A stretch of DNA of 64,000 bases from Candidatus Magasanikiibacteriota bacterium (GCA_963802255.1 CAWDHY010000001.1:427842-491841), one strand, 5' to 3'; positions 37,822 to 48,389 are shown, numbered from the stretch's first letter. Notes: generated by a model not told the origin, from the letters alone. Numbers and translations are program-made.

Positions 37822-38306
37822 AATTTTTTTTCAATTCGGTATAATCCTTTTGCCTTATCGATAAATAACACTCCGTGAAGATGATCCACTTCATGCTGAA
37901 TAATTCTGGCGAAAAAATCTTCGGCGATAAGATTTATCGGCTGTCCCGATATATCCAGGGCAGTTAAAGATATTTTTTTATATCGCTTTACTTTTCCGAA
38001 TATGTCAGGCACAGACAAACAGCCCTCCTCAGCGGAAACTTTTCGTATTGTCATCTTTTGCCATACGGGGTTAATCAGGATTAAGTCTTCGGTTTTATCA
38101 TTAGTATAATCTTTCGCAATGATGCATACTTTTAATGATTCTCCCGCTTGTGGCGCGGCGATGCCCACGCCGTCTTTGGCATACATTGTCTCTTTAAGAT
38201 TATTAACAAAAAAATTAAATTTTTCGTCCGACAAATCAGCCGTTGAAATTTCACGGCCGATAGTTCTCAATATCGGATTTGGATCTGTTAAAATATTTAG
38301 AATCAT
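37818..38306 (-). CDS. def: peptide deformylase
   Basis: 162 aa. 'GIAAPQAG', 'EGCLSVP', 'QHEVDHLHG' are the three PDF motifs. Confidence 0.85.
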   Translation of the reverse strand: MILNILTDPNPILRTIGREISTADLSDEKFNFFVNNLKETMYAKDGVGIAAPQAGESLKVCIIAKDYTNDKTEDLILINPVWQKMTIRKVSAEEGCLSVPDIFGKVKRYKKISLTALDISGQPINLIAEDFFARIIQHEVDHLHGVLFIDKAKGLYRIEKKL

Positions 38307-38321
38307 ATAAATACGGATTTA

Positions 38322-40196
38322 TTACACAATTGATATTAGATTGTTCGGGTTTGGATCAATTTTCCAGTCGGAAGAAACGGCCGGAAGCAGTTCTTTAGCT
38401 CTTTTTTTATAGTTTGAATAATTAAATTTTAAAATTAGTACCTGCCAGTAACGACCGCGATAATAAGGGGGAAAAGCGCCAATGGGACCCAATATCTTAA
38501 CATCGGGAGCCTTTTTAGTCAAGCCGTTTAGTGCCGTAGCCATTGTTACTGCTTCTTTTTCTGTGGTCTGTTTATTGGTTGACCCGTAGTATAGCCGGAT
38601 TATGTAATTGTAAGGAGGGTATTCAAATATTTTTCGTTCTTTAAGGGTTGCTTCATAAAAAATAGACGGATCGTAAACACCGGCAAAAACCGGATGCTCG
38701 ATGTTTGATGTTTGGATAAAAAATGCGGTTTCAGGTAATGCTTTAAGCTGAACCTTGCGAATTGTCTGCCATAAGTCTTCCGTTGATTTGTATTCGGATG
38801 CAATTAGCGAAGAGTCAGCGTCAGCTAATACAACTATTTCAGTTTTATCCCAATCTATATAAGGCCAGGCGTATTCGGTACCGATAATTACCGCTTTTTT
38901 TGCCGTCGTTACTGCGGGTATATCGGAAACATTATCCGAATCAATTGTTAACACGCTAATATCTTTATTCAAAATTCCCCGCAGAGCCTCGGCAATTCCT
39001 TGGGTGCCAACGCCGGCAAAGAAATAATTGGCTCCATGACAAGCCGGGCAAGTAGCGGATAACGGTCGTTTTAAATTACAAAAATGACAGCTAAGTTCGT
39101 TACTTTTTTTATAATAGGCATTTTGGCGGTTGCAATGTTCGCAAGAGAATATGAAACCGCAGTCGCGGCAAAGCACGGTTCCGGCAGTACCCTTACGGTT
39201 GACCAGAATGAACGCCTGCTTATTTAAATTTTTTAAACGTTCAATAATTTCTTCCGCAATAAAATATTCATTTCCACTTTTGGATTCAAGGCGGATGTTG
39301 CAAAATATAGGTGACGGCTTTGTAATATTTTTTAGAGATGTAAAGCCGTCATAAATTTTATTATTTGTAAAATAATAAGTTTCCACCGAAGGAGCACACG
39401 ATGAAAGAATAATTTTTGAACCGGTATGCTTTGCCAGCATAATTGCGGCATCGCGTGCGTGATACCGGGGTGTCATATCCCAGCTTTTATATGCGCTATT
39501 ACCTTCGTCTTCTATAAATACCGCCGATAAATTAATCCAGGGAAGCCACAGCGCTTTTCTGGTGCCAATCACCAAAACATCATCATTGTTGCGTACACTT
39601 AGCCACTTATCAAAATATTCTTTGTCGCCCATGCTGGAAGTAACAGTTATAATATTTTTTTCCCCAAAATTGACGGCTATATTTTTAATTGTTTCAATTT
39701 GATATGATTCCGGAACTAAAATTAGGCGCTGGCCTGACCCAGCGCAGAATTTTTTAATATTTTTAATTTGCTCTTCGCGAAAATTGTATGAAGAAAAAAA
39801 TGGCTTTTGTGGCGGTTGTTTTTTTTGTTGTGGCATTTTTACAATCATTTCGCCGATTTTTGCGATTTTTCTTTTTTGCAAAGGGAATAGAGCAGCTTTT
39901 AAAACAAAACCGGGCGAAGCCCGGTAAAAATCAGCAATTTCTTTGTTAAAGTTAATAATATTTTCTGAGAGAAGCGGTTCGGAAGCGGCTAAAGAAATGA
40001 TGCTTTTTAGCTTAACGTTGCTGACTTCCGAGTAGTCGCGCATCGCGATAACAATACCAAACTCTTCATGATTACGGAATGGTATTGTCACAAGCTGGCC
40101 AATGCGTAAGGTTTGTTCAAAATTTAGGGGCACTAAATAGTCAAGATGCGGCAGGTTTAACGGAAGCCTCGTGATTGGCACAATTTCAGCTATCAT
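38322..40196 (-). CDS. priA: primosomal protein N' (PriA) with degenerate helicase motifs
   Basis: 624 aa. N-terminal 3' DNA-binding domain and a Cys-rich zinc region 'CRDCGFIFSCEHC...CHFC...CPAC'. The core aligns with PriA ('GQRLILVPE', 'VIGTRKALWLPW', 'RYHARDAAIM'). Walker A is replaced by 'FCAGSG' and the DEEH box by 'EDEGN'. Arrangement is the classic priA-def-fmt. Confidence 0.65.
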   Translation of the reverse strand: MIAEIVPITRLPLNLPHLDYLVPLNFEQTLRIGQLVTIPFRNHEEFGIVIAMRDYSEVSNVKLKSIISLAASEPLLSENIINFNKEIADFYRASPGFVLKAALFPLQKRKIAKIGEMIVKMPQQKKQPPQKPFFSSYNFREEQIKNIKKFCAGSGQRLILVPESYQIETIKNIAVNFGEKNIITVTSSMGDKEYFDKWLSVRNNDDVLVIGTRKALWLPWINLSAVFIEDEGNSAYKSWDMTPRYHARDAAIMLAKHTGSKIILSSCAPSVETYYFTNNKIYDGFTSLKNITKPSPIFCNIRLESKSGNEYFIAEEIIERLKNLNKQAFILVNRKGTAGTVLCRDCGFIFSCEHCNRQNAYYKKSNELSCHFCNLKRPLSATCPACHGANYFFAGVGTQGIAEALRGILNKDISVLTIDSDNVSDIPAVTTAKKAVIIGTEYAWPYIDWDKTEIVVLADADSSLIASEYKSTEDLWQTIRKVQLKALPETAFFIQTSNIEHPVFAGVYDPSIFYEATLKERKIFEYPPYNYIIRLYYGSTNKQTTEKEAVTMATALNGLTKKAPDVKILGPIGAFPPYYRGRYWQVLILKFNYSNYKKRAKELLPAVSSDWKIDPNPNNLISIV

Positions 40197-40197
40197 A

Positions 40198-40989
40198 TTA
40201 TAAGATAAATTGTGCCGTCAGATAGCCGACACCAAACGGACCTTCGTATGAAAGTTCGTTGTATGTGTAGTGAATATTTTGTAATACTCCGAGTAAAATT
40301 AATATTGACCGCAAACCGCATTCGGCTGCTTGTTCAATTAAAGACGCGTCCAAATGTAAAATACCGGCTAAATTTTGCGACATTAGCAATTCGCGTATTT
40401 TCGCATCAAATTCTTTGCCATACTTATTAAATCCGGCCGGAGAATCCGATGATAAAGCATGCGACATGTCTCCGGAAGCAATGAGCGCCACGCGTTTATT
40501 GGTTTTTAATATTTCCTCCTTAATCAAGGCGCCAAACTCCATGTGAGATTTAAAATCACGGTTACAAAAACCAAGCTGAACAATTTTACAATTAGTCAAG
40601 TGCCGCATCAGGTAAAAAAGCGGCACTGTTGCTCCGTGATCTAAATTTTCTTCGCTCATCATTGTTGCGGGTAAATGATTTCTTTTTGTAGCATCACGAA
40701 GCCGGTGAGCCAATTCATAATCGCCCGCAAATTTTAACTTTGTTGAAAGGTCGCCAAACTGACGCATTTCGGCAAAGTACTCCGTACAAAAATTTATAGT
40801 AAAAACGTCGGGAAAATAACTTCCGTGCGGAGAGATGATAATAATGGTATCCGGATGCGTGGCATAAAGCCGTTCCTCAAGTTCGTCCAGCGCTTGTTTT
40901 GTTTTTGCGACTTTTTTTATTTCATCTTTCCCTATGGATGGTATCAGAAGGGGAGGATGGGGAGTGATCGCGGCAAAAACTAATGACAT
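40198..40989 (-). CDS. class III extradiol dioxygenase (LigB)/MEMO1-like family protein
   Basis: 'FAAITPHPPLLIPSIG' N-terminus and 'IIIISPHGSYFPD' resemble PF02900-type proteins. Function unknown. Confidence 0.4.
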   Translation of the reverse strand: MSLVFAAITPHPPLLIPSIGKDEIKKVAKTKQALDELEERLYATHPDTIIIISPHGSYFPDVFTINFCTEYFAEMRQFGDLSTKLKFAGDYELAHRLRDATKRNHLPATMMSEENLDHGATVPLFYLMRHLTNCKIVQLGFCNRDFKSHMEFGALIKEEILKTNKRVALIASGDMSHALSSDSPAGFNKYGKEFDAKIRELLMSQNLAGILHLDASLIEQAAECGLRSILILLGVLQNIHYTYNELSYEGPFGVGYLTAQFIL

Positions 40990-40997
40990 AAATTTTA

Positions 40998-43208
40998 TTA
41001 TTTTACGCCGGCGATTGAGGCAGTCGCCCCTGAAGATATGGCCCACTCAGCCAGGCGATTTGGTTCGACGAAACGTTTGCTATAATCAGCATTACCCATG
41101 GTCAAAACGATATATTGTTTTTTTGTGGCTTTTGATTCAATCAACATAGCAAGAACCGATCCTGCTTCAACAGTGTAACCGGTTTTGGAAGCAAGAATGC
41201 GGTAAGGTTTGGTGGAGTTAAACATCAGTTGATTTGTGTTTTTGAGATTATGTGTCACTACTTTATTTTTGTTCAGCAATTCTTTAAATGTATAGTCTGT
41301 TTTGCTTAGAGCTGTTTTAATTGTATCATCGCCCAAAACCTTAACAAAGATTTTTAACATATCTCGCGGGGTTGACTTACTGCTATCGTCCAAGCCTGTG
41401 ACATCTTGAATCTTCGTGTTGTCGGCACCCCAATCTTCCAGACGCTCATTTATTGACTCAATCAATTTTTTCTCCGTAAGACCGCTCGCTGAAGCAAGCA
41501 TTCGGGCCGCGTTATTCACTGAAGCCACCAGAGTGGAATAGAGAATATCAATATTTTTTATTTTTTCTCCGCTGACCAAGCTTAAAGGATTGCCGTAACT
41601 GGAATGATTTGTCGCAGAATAAGCAGTTGATTTGGCGGCATCAAAATCCTGATTAATTGTTTCATATGTCGTAAGCAGCTTGACTAAAGAGGCGATAGAG
41701 CGCTTTTGATCAATATTTTTTCCGGCAATTATTTTACCGCTCGGAAAATCAGCTACCAAATACGCCGGCAGTTTTGTTTTAAATAAATCTTCAACCGGAG
41801 CCTCGCTGTCGCCCAGAAATTTATTTTTTGATGAAGCTAAAGAATTGCTGACATATATCGGTTCGCCATTCGGTATTGTCAGGGCGTAAACCAATTCTAC
41901 CTGAATTAGATTTTCTTTTTTATAGCCCATCGCGTCAAAAGTATCGCTGTCGGAAATGCGCCGTTTTTTCCCATTTTCGATGACAAATAATTTATCGCTA
42001 TCCTTAATTTTAATCAGTGCACCATCGGCAAATTTTACCGGTTCATTTGCGGTATTGAATTTGGCAATATCTTTCTTTGTCTTTTTTTCAATAGCCATTC
42101 CGGTGAAATTTGTCTTAATTAATCCGGCATTGATAATAGGATAAAGAATGTTATCCTTTAGAAGATAATAAGAATTATTCAGATCCGTAATTTGATATAT
42201 TATGCCTTGAGGAGCAGTGATGGATGCGGTAATTGTTGAACCAAGAACATATCCGACAAGGTCGTTGTCCGAAATCTGAATGATTTCCTGCGGATTATAA
42301 CCAAGCTGGCGGACGACTTCGTCCGAAGCGAACGGGCGCACAAAATCGTAATCAACCAAATATGTGGCGGATTGCGTTTTCAAGATTGAATAATTTGGAA
42401 ATGCGATATCCGGCCCGTCTCCATAATTTTTTAAATCCGCTTCTGTAATGCTTACGGCCATTTTTGGATCAGCTCTGGTGATGAGGGCGGTCATGCTTTT
42501 AAAGCGTCGTTTTTTTCCGTCAGAAATTAAATAGTAATCCGTGGAGGACGGTGTTTGTACAATTGTTCCATTAGGATAGTATTGAGCGAACCAATTGGTC
42601 CAGATACGCCAGAAATTTTTATTTCCGTGCAGGTGCGGAGTGTAGGTATATAGAAATGCCGTAGCCCAGCTTTGCGGAGTTACAGGCTGACTATCAATCA
42701 TTATTTCAGTGCTAACTTTTTTAATAAAGCCCTGCGTGGTTTTATTTTCATAATACCAGCGCATAATTCCGGCAGAGCCCTCAACTTGTTTTCCAAAACC
42801 TTTATATTTTAGAACTTTCGGATCGGAGAGGCTGCATCCGTCACATACGGCAAAACCGGTAGCCCAGTCCATTTGGCGTTGAGTCGGAGCATCATCGGTA
42901 ATCAGGCTTTGCTCTTTTTGCAATGTGACCAGCAAAAATTTCGGGCTTATTTGGTTGCGTATGGCTGAATCATAGATAATTTCCGCCGCCGTTTTTATTA
43001 AGCCGTTTACATCTTCACCTCTAAATTTCGCCAAATAACTTCCTTTGCCGTCAAGAAATGATTGGATGTCGCGCACTGACCACTCTTCGCATTTTTGCAG
43101 CTCTTCATCGGAAATAATATAATTCGGATTGAATTCCGCTTCAGCTAAAGCGAAAGCAGACGGCATAAGCATGCCCAAAGTTAGTATGATGGTAATAATT
43201 TTATTCAT
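40998..43208 (-). CDS. secreted protein with a C-terminal D-alanyl-D-alanine carboxypeptidase (peptidase S11) domain
   Basis: 736 aa. Signal peptide 'MNKIITIILTLGMLMPSAFALA'. The C-terminal ~260 aa has SxxK 'ASLVKLL', 'SATNHS' (SxN-like) and 'KTGYT' (KTG). The N-terminal ~430 aa domain is unassigned. Confidence 0.6.
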   Translation of the reverse strand: MNKIITIILTLGMLMPSAFALAEAEFNPNYIISDEELQKCEEWSVRDIQSFLDGKGSYLAKFRGEDVNGLIKTAAEIIYDSAIRNQISPKFLLVTLQKEQSLITDDAPTQRQMDWATGFAVCDGCSLSDPKVLKYKGFGKQVEGSAGIMRWYYENKTTQGFIKKVSTEIMIDSQPVTPQSWATAFLYTYTPHLHGNKNFWRIWTNWFAQYYPNGTIVQTPSSTDYYLISDGKKRRFKSMTALITRADPKMAVSITEADLKNYGDGPDIAFPNYSILKTQSATYLVDYDFVRPFASDEVVRQLGYNPQEIIQISDNDLVGYVLGSTITASITAPQGIIYQITDLNNSYYLLKDNILYPIINAGLIKTNFTGMAIEKKTKKDIAKFNTANEPVKFADGALIKIKDSDKLFVIENGKKRRISDSDTFDAMGYKKENLIQVELVYALTIPNGEPIYVSNSLASSKNKFLGDSEAPVEDLFKTKLPAYLVADFPSGKIIAGKNIDQKRSIASLVKLLTTYETINQDFDAAKSTAYSATNHSSYGNPLSLVSGEKIKNIDILYSTLVASVNNAARMLASASGLTEKKLIESINERLEDWGADNTKIQDVTGLDDSSKSTPRDMLKIFVKVLGDDTIKTALSKTDYTFKELLNKNKVVTHNLKNTNQLMFNSTKPYRILASKTGYTVEAGSVLAMLIESKATKKQYIVLTMGNADYSKRFVEPNRLAEWAISSGATASIAGVK

Positions 43209-43282
43209 ATGCTAAAAAAATTAAAACAATATTCGTAGTAATTTAAGCGAATATCTTACTCAATAAAATTATATCATTTTTT

Positions 43283-43312
43283 TTAATATAAAACAACCCG
43301 TTTGCAACGGGC
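43283..43312 (-). terminator. rho-independent terminator downstream of clpB
   Basis: On the minus strand, 'cagcccgtt-gcaa-acgggttg' followed by 'ttttatatt'. Confidence 0.45.
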
Positions 43313-43321
43313 TGTTTTAGG

Positions 43322-45961
43322 TTATTTTATGACTATTTTTCCTTTTTCCATCCTTACCTTAACTTTTTGTCCTTCTGTCACATCGCCTTCAATAATTTTC
43401 AGCGATAACTGGTCCAGCAACTCGCTTTGTATTGCGCGTTTTAGAGGCCTGGCTCCATAATTTTGGTCATAACCGGATTTGGCTAAATATTTTTTTACTT
43501 CGGGTTCGATGTTCAGCATGATTTTTTTCTCAGCCAAGCGTTTTACGACTTTATTTAATTGTAAATCAACAATTATTTCAATCTGTTTTTCCGTCAGAGT
43601 GTGAAAGACTACTATTTCGTCAACACGATTCAAAAATTCCGGTTTAAAGTATTCGTGCAATGAATCCATAATTTTTTCACGGATTTTTTCGTCAGTATTT
43701 TTCTTATTGCCGCGGCCGTCTTCAAAGCCAAAAGCGCCTCCTTTTTTAACATCTAAAATAGACTGACTGCCGATATTGCTCGTTAATATTATTACGGTAT
43801 TTTTAAAATTGACCGTACGGCCCTTGGCGTCAGTGATTCTTCCGTCATCAAGAATTTGCAATAAAATATTGAAAATATCCGGGTGCGCTTTTTCAATTTC
43901 ATCAAACAATATGACGGCGTATGGGCGACGGCGGATAATTTCGGTGAGCTGTCCGCCCTCTTCAAACCCAACGTACCCGGGCGGGGAGCCGATGATTTTG
44001 CTGACACTGTGCTTTTCCATATATTCGCTCATATCTACACGGACTAGAGCGTCTTCCGTGTCAAACATAAATTCAGCCAAAGTTTTAGCCAGTTCCGTCT
44101 TACCGACACCTGTGGGTCCAAGAAATATAAATGAGCCGATTGGCTTATTCGGTTCGGCAATTCCGGCGCGTGAACGCCTAATGGCGTTTGATATAGCTTT
44201 TATTGCCTCCTCTTGTCCGATAACTCGTTTTGCCAGTTCCGATTCCATCTGGCTGAATTTATTGGATTCTGTTTCAAGCATTTTTGTAACCGGGATAGAT
44301 GTCCATCGGGCAACAACGGCGGCAATATCCGCTTCAGTAATTTCCTCTTTCAAAATCCCGCGATTTTTTTGATATTCCTGCAATAATTTTTCATCTTTCT
44401 TAATTTCCTTTTCCAAAGAGGGGATAGAGTCATAGCGAATTTCGGCAACTTTTTGTAAATCACCCTTGCGTTCTTCAATTTCCGCTTTTTGTTTCAGTTT
44501 ATCGATTTCTTTTTTATGATTATGTATGCGCTCTATAATATCTTTTTCGTTTTTCCACTTAGCTTCCAGCTGATTGCTTTTTTCTTTTATTTCAGCCAAA
44601 TCTTTCTCCAATTTTTTCAATTGATCCTTGGCATCAGCACTTTTTTCGTTTAGAAGTGCACGTTTTTCAATTTCAAATTTAACAGCTGTGCGTTTAAGCT
44701 TATCCAGATCTTCGGGCATTGATTCAATTTGCAGGCGTAAAGCGGAAGCGGCTTCGTCGATCAGATCGATGGCCTTATCAGGTAAAAAACGGTCCGGAAT
44801 ATAACGAATAGATAATCTAACTGCTGCCAAAATAGCAGAATCGGTTATACGAACGCCGTGATGCACTTCGTATTTTTCCTTGATTCCGCGTAAAATTGCA
44901 ATTGCGTCTTCTTCCGTCGGTTCATTAACCATTACCGGCTGAAAACGTCTTTCTAATGCTGCGTCTTTTTCAATATGTTTTTGGTATTCTTTGAGAGTAG
45001 TCGCTCCGATTGAGTGAAGTTCACCGCGGGCAAGCATCGGTTTTAGCATATTCGCCGCATCAATAGCTCCTTCGGACGCGCCGGCTCCGACAATAGTGTG
45101 AAGCTCATCAATAAATAAAATAATTTTTCCGGCTGCGGCGTCAACTTCTTTAAGAACCGCTTTTAGCCGTTCCTCAAATTCGCCGCGAAATTTCGCTCCG
45201 GCAAGAAGAGAGCCGATGTCTAAGCCGATGACCTCCTTATTTTTAAGAGATTCAGGAACATCTCCGTTAACTATACGCTGTGCCAATCCTTCTACAATGG
45301 CAGTTTTGCCGGTACCCGGCTCGCCGATCAGCACAGGATTATTTTTTGTCCTGCGCGAGAGTATCTGCATAACACGCCGGATCTCATCGTCGCGCCCGAT
45401 GACAGGGTCTATTTTTTCTTTGCGTGCCAACTCCGTTAAATTTTTTCCGTATTTTTCTAACGCGTTATACCTAACTTCCGGATTTGGTGAATCCACTTTT
45501 TGCGTACCACGGATGGAGGCCAGGGTTTTTAAAACTTCTTCATATGATATTTTGTGATCCTTTATAAGAATATCGCTTATCGGGTTTTTGTTGGATAAAA
45601 AAGCAAGAAATAAATGCTCCACGCTTATGTATTCATCTCCCATTTTTTTTGATTCTGCAAAAGCATTTTGCATGATGTTCATTGCCGATTGGCTTAGCAA
45701 AATTTGGCCGTTACCAGCAATAGGAGAACCGCCCAATTGTTTTGGCAGGTTGTTGACTATAGCTTGTGCTTCAGACAAGACAGCGGGCAGATTGGCTTTT
45801 AATTTTCTTAAAACAGAAACTACTACGCTTTCTTCATCTTGCAGTAAAGCCAAAAAAAGATGGGGTGGTTCCACCTGCGGCTGGTTGCTTTCCTGAGCAA
45901 TTTGCGAAGCAATTTGAATGGCCTCTTGTGATTTTTGGGTAAAATTTTGTGGATTCAGCAT
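43322..45961 (-). CDS. clpB: ATP-dependent chaperone ClpB
   Basis: 879 aa. N-domain, two AAA+ modules ('[15 protein letters not shown]', '[15 protein letters not shown]') and the long coiled-coil M-domain between them. Confidence 0.9.
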   Translation of the reverse strand: MLNPQNFTQKSQEAIQIASQIAQESNQPQVEPPHLFLALLQDEESVVVSVLRKLKANLPAVLSEAQAIVNNLPKQLGGSPIAGNGQILLSQSAMNIMQNAFAESKKMGDEYISVEHLFLAFLSNKNPISDILIKDHKISYEEVLKTLASIRGTQKVDSPNPEVRYNALEKYGKNLTELARKEKIDPVIGRDDEIRRVMQILSRRTKNNPVLIGEPGTGKTAIVEGLAQRIVNGDVPESLKNKEVIGLDIGSLLAGAKFRGEFEERLKAVLKEVDAAAGKIILFIDELHTIVGAGASEGAIDAANMLKPMLARGELHSIGATTLKEYQKHIEKDAALERRFQPVMVNEPTEEDAIAILRGIKEKYEVHHGVRITDSAILAAVRLSIRYIPDRFLPDKAIDLIDEAASALRLQIESMPEDLDKLKRTAVKFEIEKRALLNEKSADAKDQLKKLEKDLAEIKEKSNQLEAKWKNEKDIIERIHNHKKEIDKLKQKAEIEERKGDLQKVAEIRYDSIPSLEKEIKKDEKLLQEYQKNRGILKEEITEADIAAVVARWTSIPVTKMLETESNKFSQMESELAKRVIGQEEAIKAISNAIRRSRAGIAEPNKPIGSFIFLGPTGVGKTELAKTLAEFMFDTEDALVRVDMSEYMEKHSVSKIIGSPPGYVGFEEGGQLTEIIRRRPYAVILFDEIEKAHPDIFNILLQILDDGRITDAKGRTVNFKNTVIILTSNIGSQSILDVKKGGAFGFEDGRGNKKNTDEKIREKIMDSLHEYFKPEFLNRVDEIVVFHTLTEKQIEIIVDLQLNKVVKRLAEKKIMLNIEPEVKKYLAKSGYDQNYGARPLKRAIQSELLDQLSLKIIEGDVTEGQKVKVRMEKGKIVIK

Positions 45962-45968
45962 AATAAAT

Positions 45969-45995
45969 TATTATCACTCTAACAGTGAGAGTGAT
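45969..45995. promoter_or_regulatory. CIRCE-like inverted repeat (candidate HrcA operator) in the clpB 5' region
   Basis: TTATCACTC-N9-GAGTGATAA versus the CIRCE consensus TTAGCACTC-N9-GAGTGCTAA (one compensated change per arm). It lies between the candidate clpB -10 and the clpB start codon. Confidence 0.5.
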
Positions 45996-45996
45996 A

Positions 45997-46026
45997 ATAA
46001 TATATCATATTGGGAAACCGTGTCAA
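45997..46026 (-). promoter_or_regulatory. candidate clpB promoter
   Basis: On the minus strand: TTGACA (complement of 46021-46026), 18 nt spacer, TATATT (complement of 45997-46002). It directly abuts the CIRCE-like element. Confidence 0.4.
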
Positions 46027-46030
46027 CCCC

Positions 46031-46059
46031 TTGAATTTGCCTTCAAAAAAGAGTAAAAT
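46031..46059 (+). promoter_or_regulatory. candidate sigma70 promoter for the GT26 gene
   Basis: TTGAAT (46031-46036), 17 nt spacer, TAAAAT (46054-46059). Confidence 0.45.
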
Positions 46060-46125
46060 ATGAGCATGTTAAAATTAAATTAAAAAACAGTTTGAAGAAG
46101 CAGTTGTCCGTGAATTTAAATAATT

Positions 46126-46878
46126 ATGATAGCTTTGGGTGTTAGAGTAGACAATATAAGTCTGGCTGAGGCACTTGAACAATCAAGGCGATTTTTGATT
46201 TCCGGCCATCATAAAATTTTCACTCCAAATCCCGAAATGCTGGTTAAAGCGCGTGCAGATAAATATTTTCGGGAAGTATTAAACGACGGTGATTTAAATA
46301 TCTGTGATGGTTTTGGTTTGAGTGTTTTTTTTAAAATTAATCGGATTCCCGGAGCGGATTTTATGATTAAGCTTTGCGCACTAGCGGCGGAGCAAGGAAA
46401 TAGTGTGTATTTTCTCGGTTCAGGCAGCAGCGAAGTAGCTGAAAAGACTGCGGAGAAAATGCAGAGGCAATTTATATCGCTTAAAATAGCCGGTTTTGAC
46501 AAAGGGCCTGAAATTGAAGATTCACAAATTGATAGCTCTGAATTACGGCTTGACCAAGTGAACGAATCGGCGCTCATTGAGAAAATTAACAAAGCGAACC
46601 CCGATATATTATTTGTCGCTTTCGGCATGAGTAAACAGGAGAAGTGGATTTATGAGAATTTGCCTAAATTGCCCTCGGTAAAAATTGCGATGGGAGTTGG
46701 TGGTTCGTTTGATTATATTGCCGGAACGGTAACACGAGCCCCTTTATTTTTGCGAAAAATTGGTTTAGAATGGTTATATCGTCTGATTCGCCAGCCGAGC
46801 CGCTTCAGGCGAATTTGGAACGCTACTGCAGTATTTACATATATCGCTTTGAAAGATAAGTATGACAATAAGAACTAG
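46126..46878 (+). CDS. WecB/TagA/CpsF family (GT26) glycosyltransferase
   Basis: 250 aa. 'IFTPNPEMLVKARAD', 'ICDGFGL', 'YFLGSGSSEVAEKTAEKM', 'FVAFGMSKQEKWIYEN' are typical WecG/TagA motifs. Confidence 0.7.
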   Translation: MIALGVRVDNISLAEALEQSRRFLISGHHKIFTPNPEMLVKARADKYFREVLNDGDLNICDGFGLSVFFKINRIPGADFMIKLCALAAEQGNSVYFLGSGSSEVAEKTAEKMQRQFISLKIAGFDKGPEIEDSQIDSSELRLDQVNESALIEKINKANPDILFVAFGMSKQEKWIYENLPKLPSVKIAMGVGGSFDYIAGTVTRAPLFLRKIGLEWLYRLIRQPSRFRRIWNATAVFTYIALKDKYDNKN

Positions 46879-48355
46879 ATTTGCCCCGTCTCCAACCGGA
46901 TATCTGCATATTGGCGGTTTAAGAACCGCCCTTTACGCCTATTGTTTTGCTAAACAAAATAATGGCAAATTTGTATTGCGCATTGAAGATACAGACCGCG
47001 AAAGATTCGTAGTCGACGGCACTGAAAATATTTTAAGGTCGCTATATGGGGCTGGATTAATTCCAGATGAAGGTGTGATGTTTGATAAAGATGAAAATAT
47101 TATTCAAAGAGGGGATTGCGGCGGATCATATATTCAATCGGAAAGACTGGATGTTTACAAGGCGCACGCAAAGGAGCTTGTAGAAAAAGGCCATGCTTAT
47201 CCATGTTTTTGCACGCCCGAACGGTTAGCTGAATTGCGTCAGTTTCAAGAATTAAATAAGCTTCCGACAGGCTATGATGGTCATTGTCGGGAAATTAATG
47301 CTGCGGAGGCTCAAAAACGGGTTTCTAATGGTGAAAAACATGTTATTCGCATGAAGATGCCAAAAGAAGGTGAAATTGTTTTTAACGACCAAATTAGGGG
47401 TGAAGTTCGTTTTAAGAATGAGTTGATAGACGACCAGATTATCGTGAAATCAGACGGTTTTCCGACATATCATTTAGCGGTTGTAGTAGACGATCACTAT
47501 ATGATGATAACGCATATTATTCGCGGTGAAGAATGGTTGTCCAGTGTTCCTAAACATTTACAATTGTACGAATATTTTGGCTGGGAGGTTCCCGTGATGG
47601 CGCATCTGCCACTGCTTCTAAACGCCGATAAATCAAAATTAAGTAAGCGCCAAGGTGATGTGGCGGTTGAAGATTATATAAAAAAAGGATATTTAAGTGA
47701 AGCTATAATCAACTTTATCGCGTTTCTCGGATGGAATCCTGGCAGTGAACGGGAACTATTTTCTTTGCAAGAATTGGTAAAAGAATTTAGTTTGGATAAA
47801 GTTGGAAAATCCGGGGCTGTCTTCAATTTACAAAAACTCGACTGGTTTAATAAGGAATATTTAAAGAAAATGGCCTTGCCTGATTTGGTTCAAAAAGCCA
47901 GGAAGTTTTTAATGGCCGACCCGGATATTTCCAGCTTAATAGGGAGTAAAAAATACAAAGATAACGACCTCGCGAATATTATTGCGCTGGAGCGTGAGCG
48001 TATAACTACTTTATCTGAATTGCCCGGAGCGATCAAATTTGTGTTTTCTTTGCCGGAATATAAGCCGGAATTATTAGTTTGGAAGAAAAGTTCCAAAGAA
48101 GAATTAAAAAATATTCTACCGGAGTTGAAAAGTATATTGAATACAATAAGTGTTCAATTGTGGAACAGAGATGTTTTAGAGCAGACAGTAGGGGATTGGC
48201 TAAAGGAGAAAGGCTATACAACGGGTTCGGTATTATGGCCGATGCGCGTTGCATTATCCGGTCAGGAAAATTCTCCGGGGCCGTTTGAGATTGCGGAGGT
48301 TCTAGGGAAAGACGAAACGATAATAAGAATTGAAACAGCGGTTGCAACTATTTAG
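46862..48355 (+). CDS. gltX: glutamate--tRNA ligase
   Basis: 497 aa. 'RFAPSPTGYLHIGGLRTALY' (HIGH) and 'KLSKRQG' (KMSKS). Confidence 0.9.
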   Translation: MTIRTRFAPSPTGYLHIGGLRTALYAYCFAKQNNGKFVLRIEDTDRERFVVDGTENILRSLYGAGLIPDEGVMFDKDENIIQRGDCGGSYIQSERLDVYKAHAKELVEKGHAYPCFCTPERLAELRQFQELNKLPTGYDGHCREINAAEAQKRVSNGEKHVIRMKMPKEGEIVFNDQIRGEVRFKNELIDDQIIVKSDGFPTYHLAVVVDDHYMMITHIIRGEEWLSSVPKHLQLYEYFGWEVPVMAHLPLLLNADKSKLSKRQGDVAVEDYIKKGYLSEAIINFIAFLGWNPGSERELFSLQELVKEFSLDKVGKSGAVFNLQKLDWFNKEYLKKMALPDLVQKARKFLMADPDISSLIGSKKYKDNDLANIIALERERITTLSELPGAIKFVFSLPEYKPELLVWKKSSKEELKNILPELKSILNTISVQLWNRDVLEQTVGDWLKEKGYTTGSVLWPMRVALSGQENSPGPFEIAEVLGKDETIIRIETAVATI

Positions 48356-48389
48356 ACCACCGGTTTTCTGTGCTATACTATAAAATAAT

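Noticed and set aside
43776-44372. 198-aa plus-strand ORF inside clpB
   Set aside because: Antisense to an 879-aa chaperone gene with all AAA+ motifs. No Shine-Dalgarno, no motifs.
46061-46084. Tiny ORF 'MSMLKLN*' between the GT26 promoter and the GT26 start
   Set aside because: Seven codons, no Shine-Dalgarno, no conservation signal. It is probably 5'UTR sequence.
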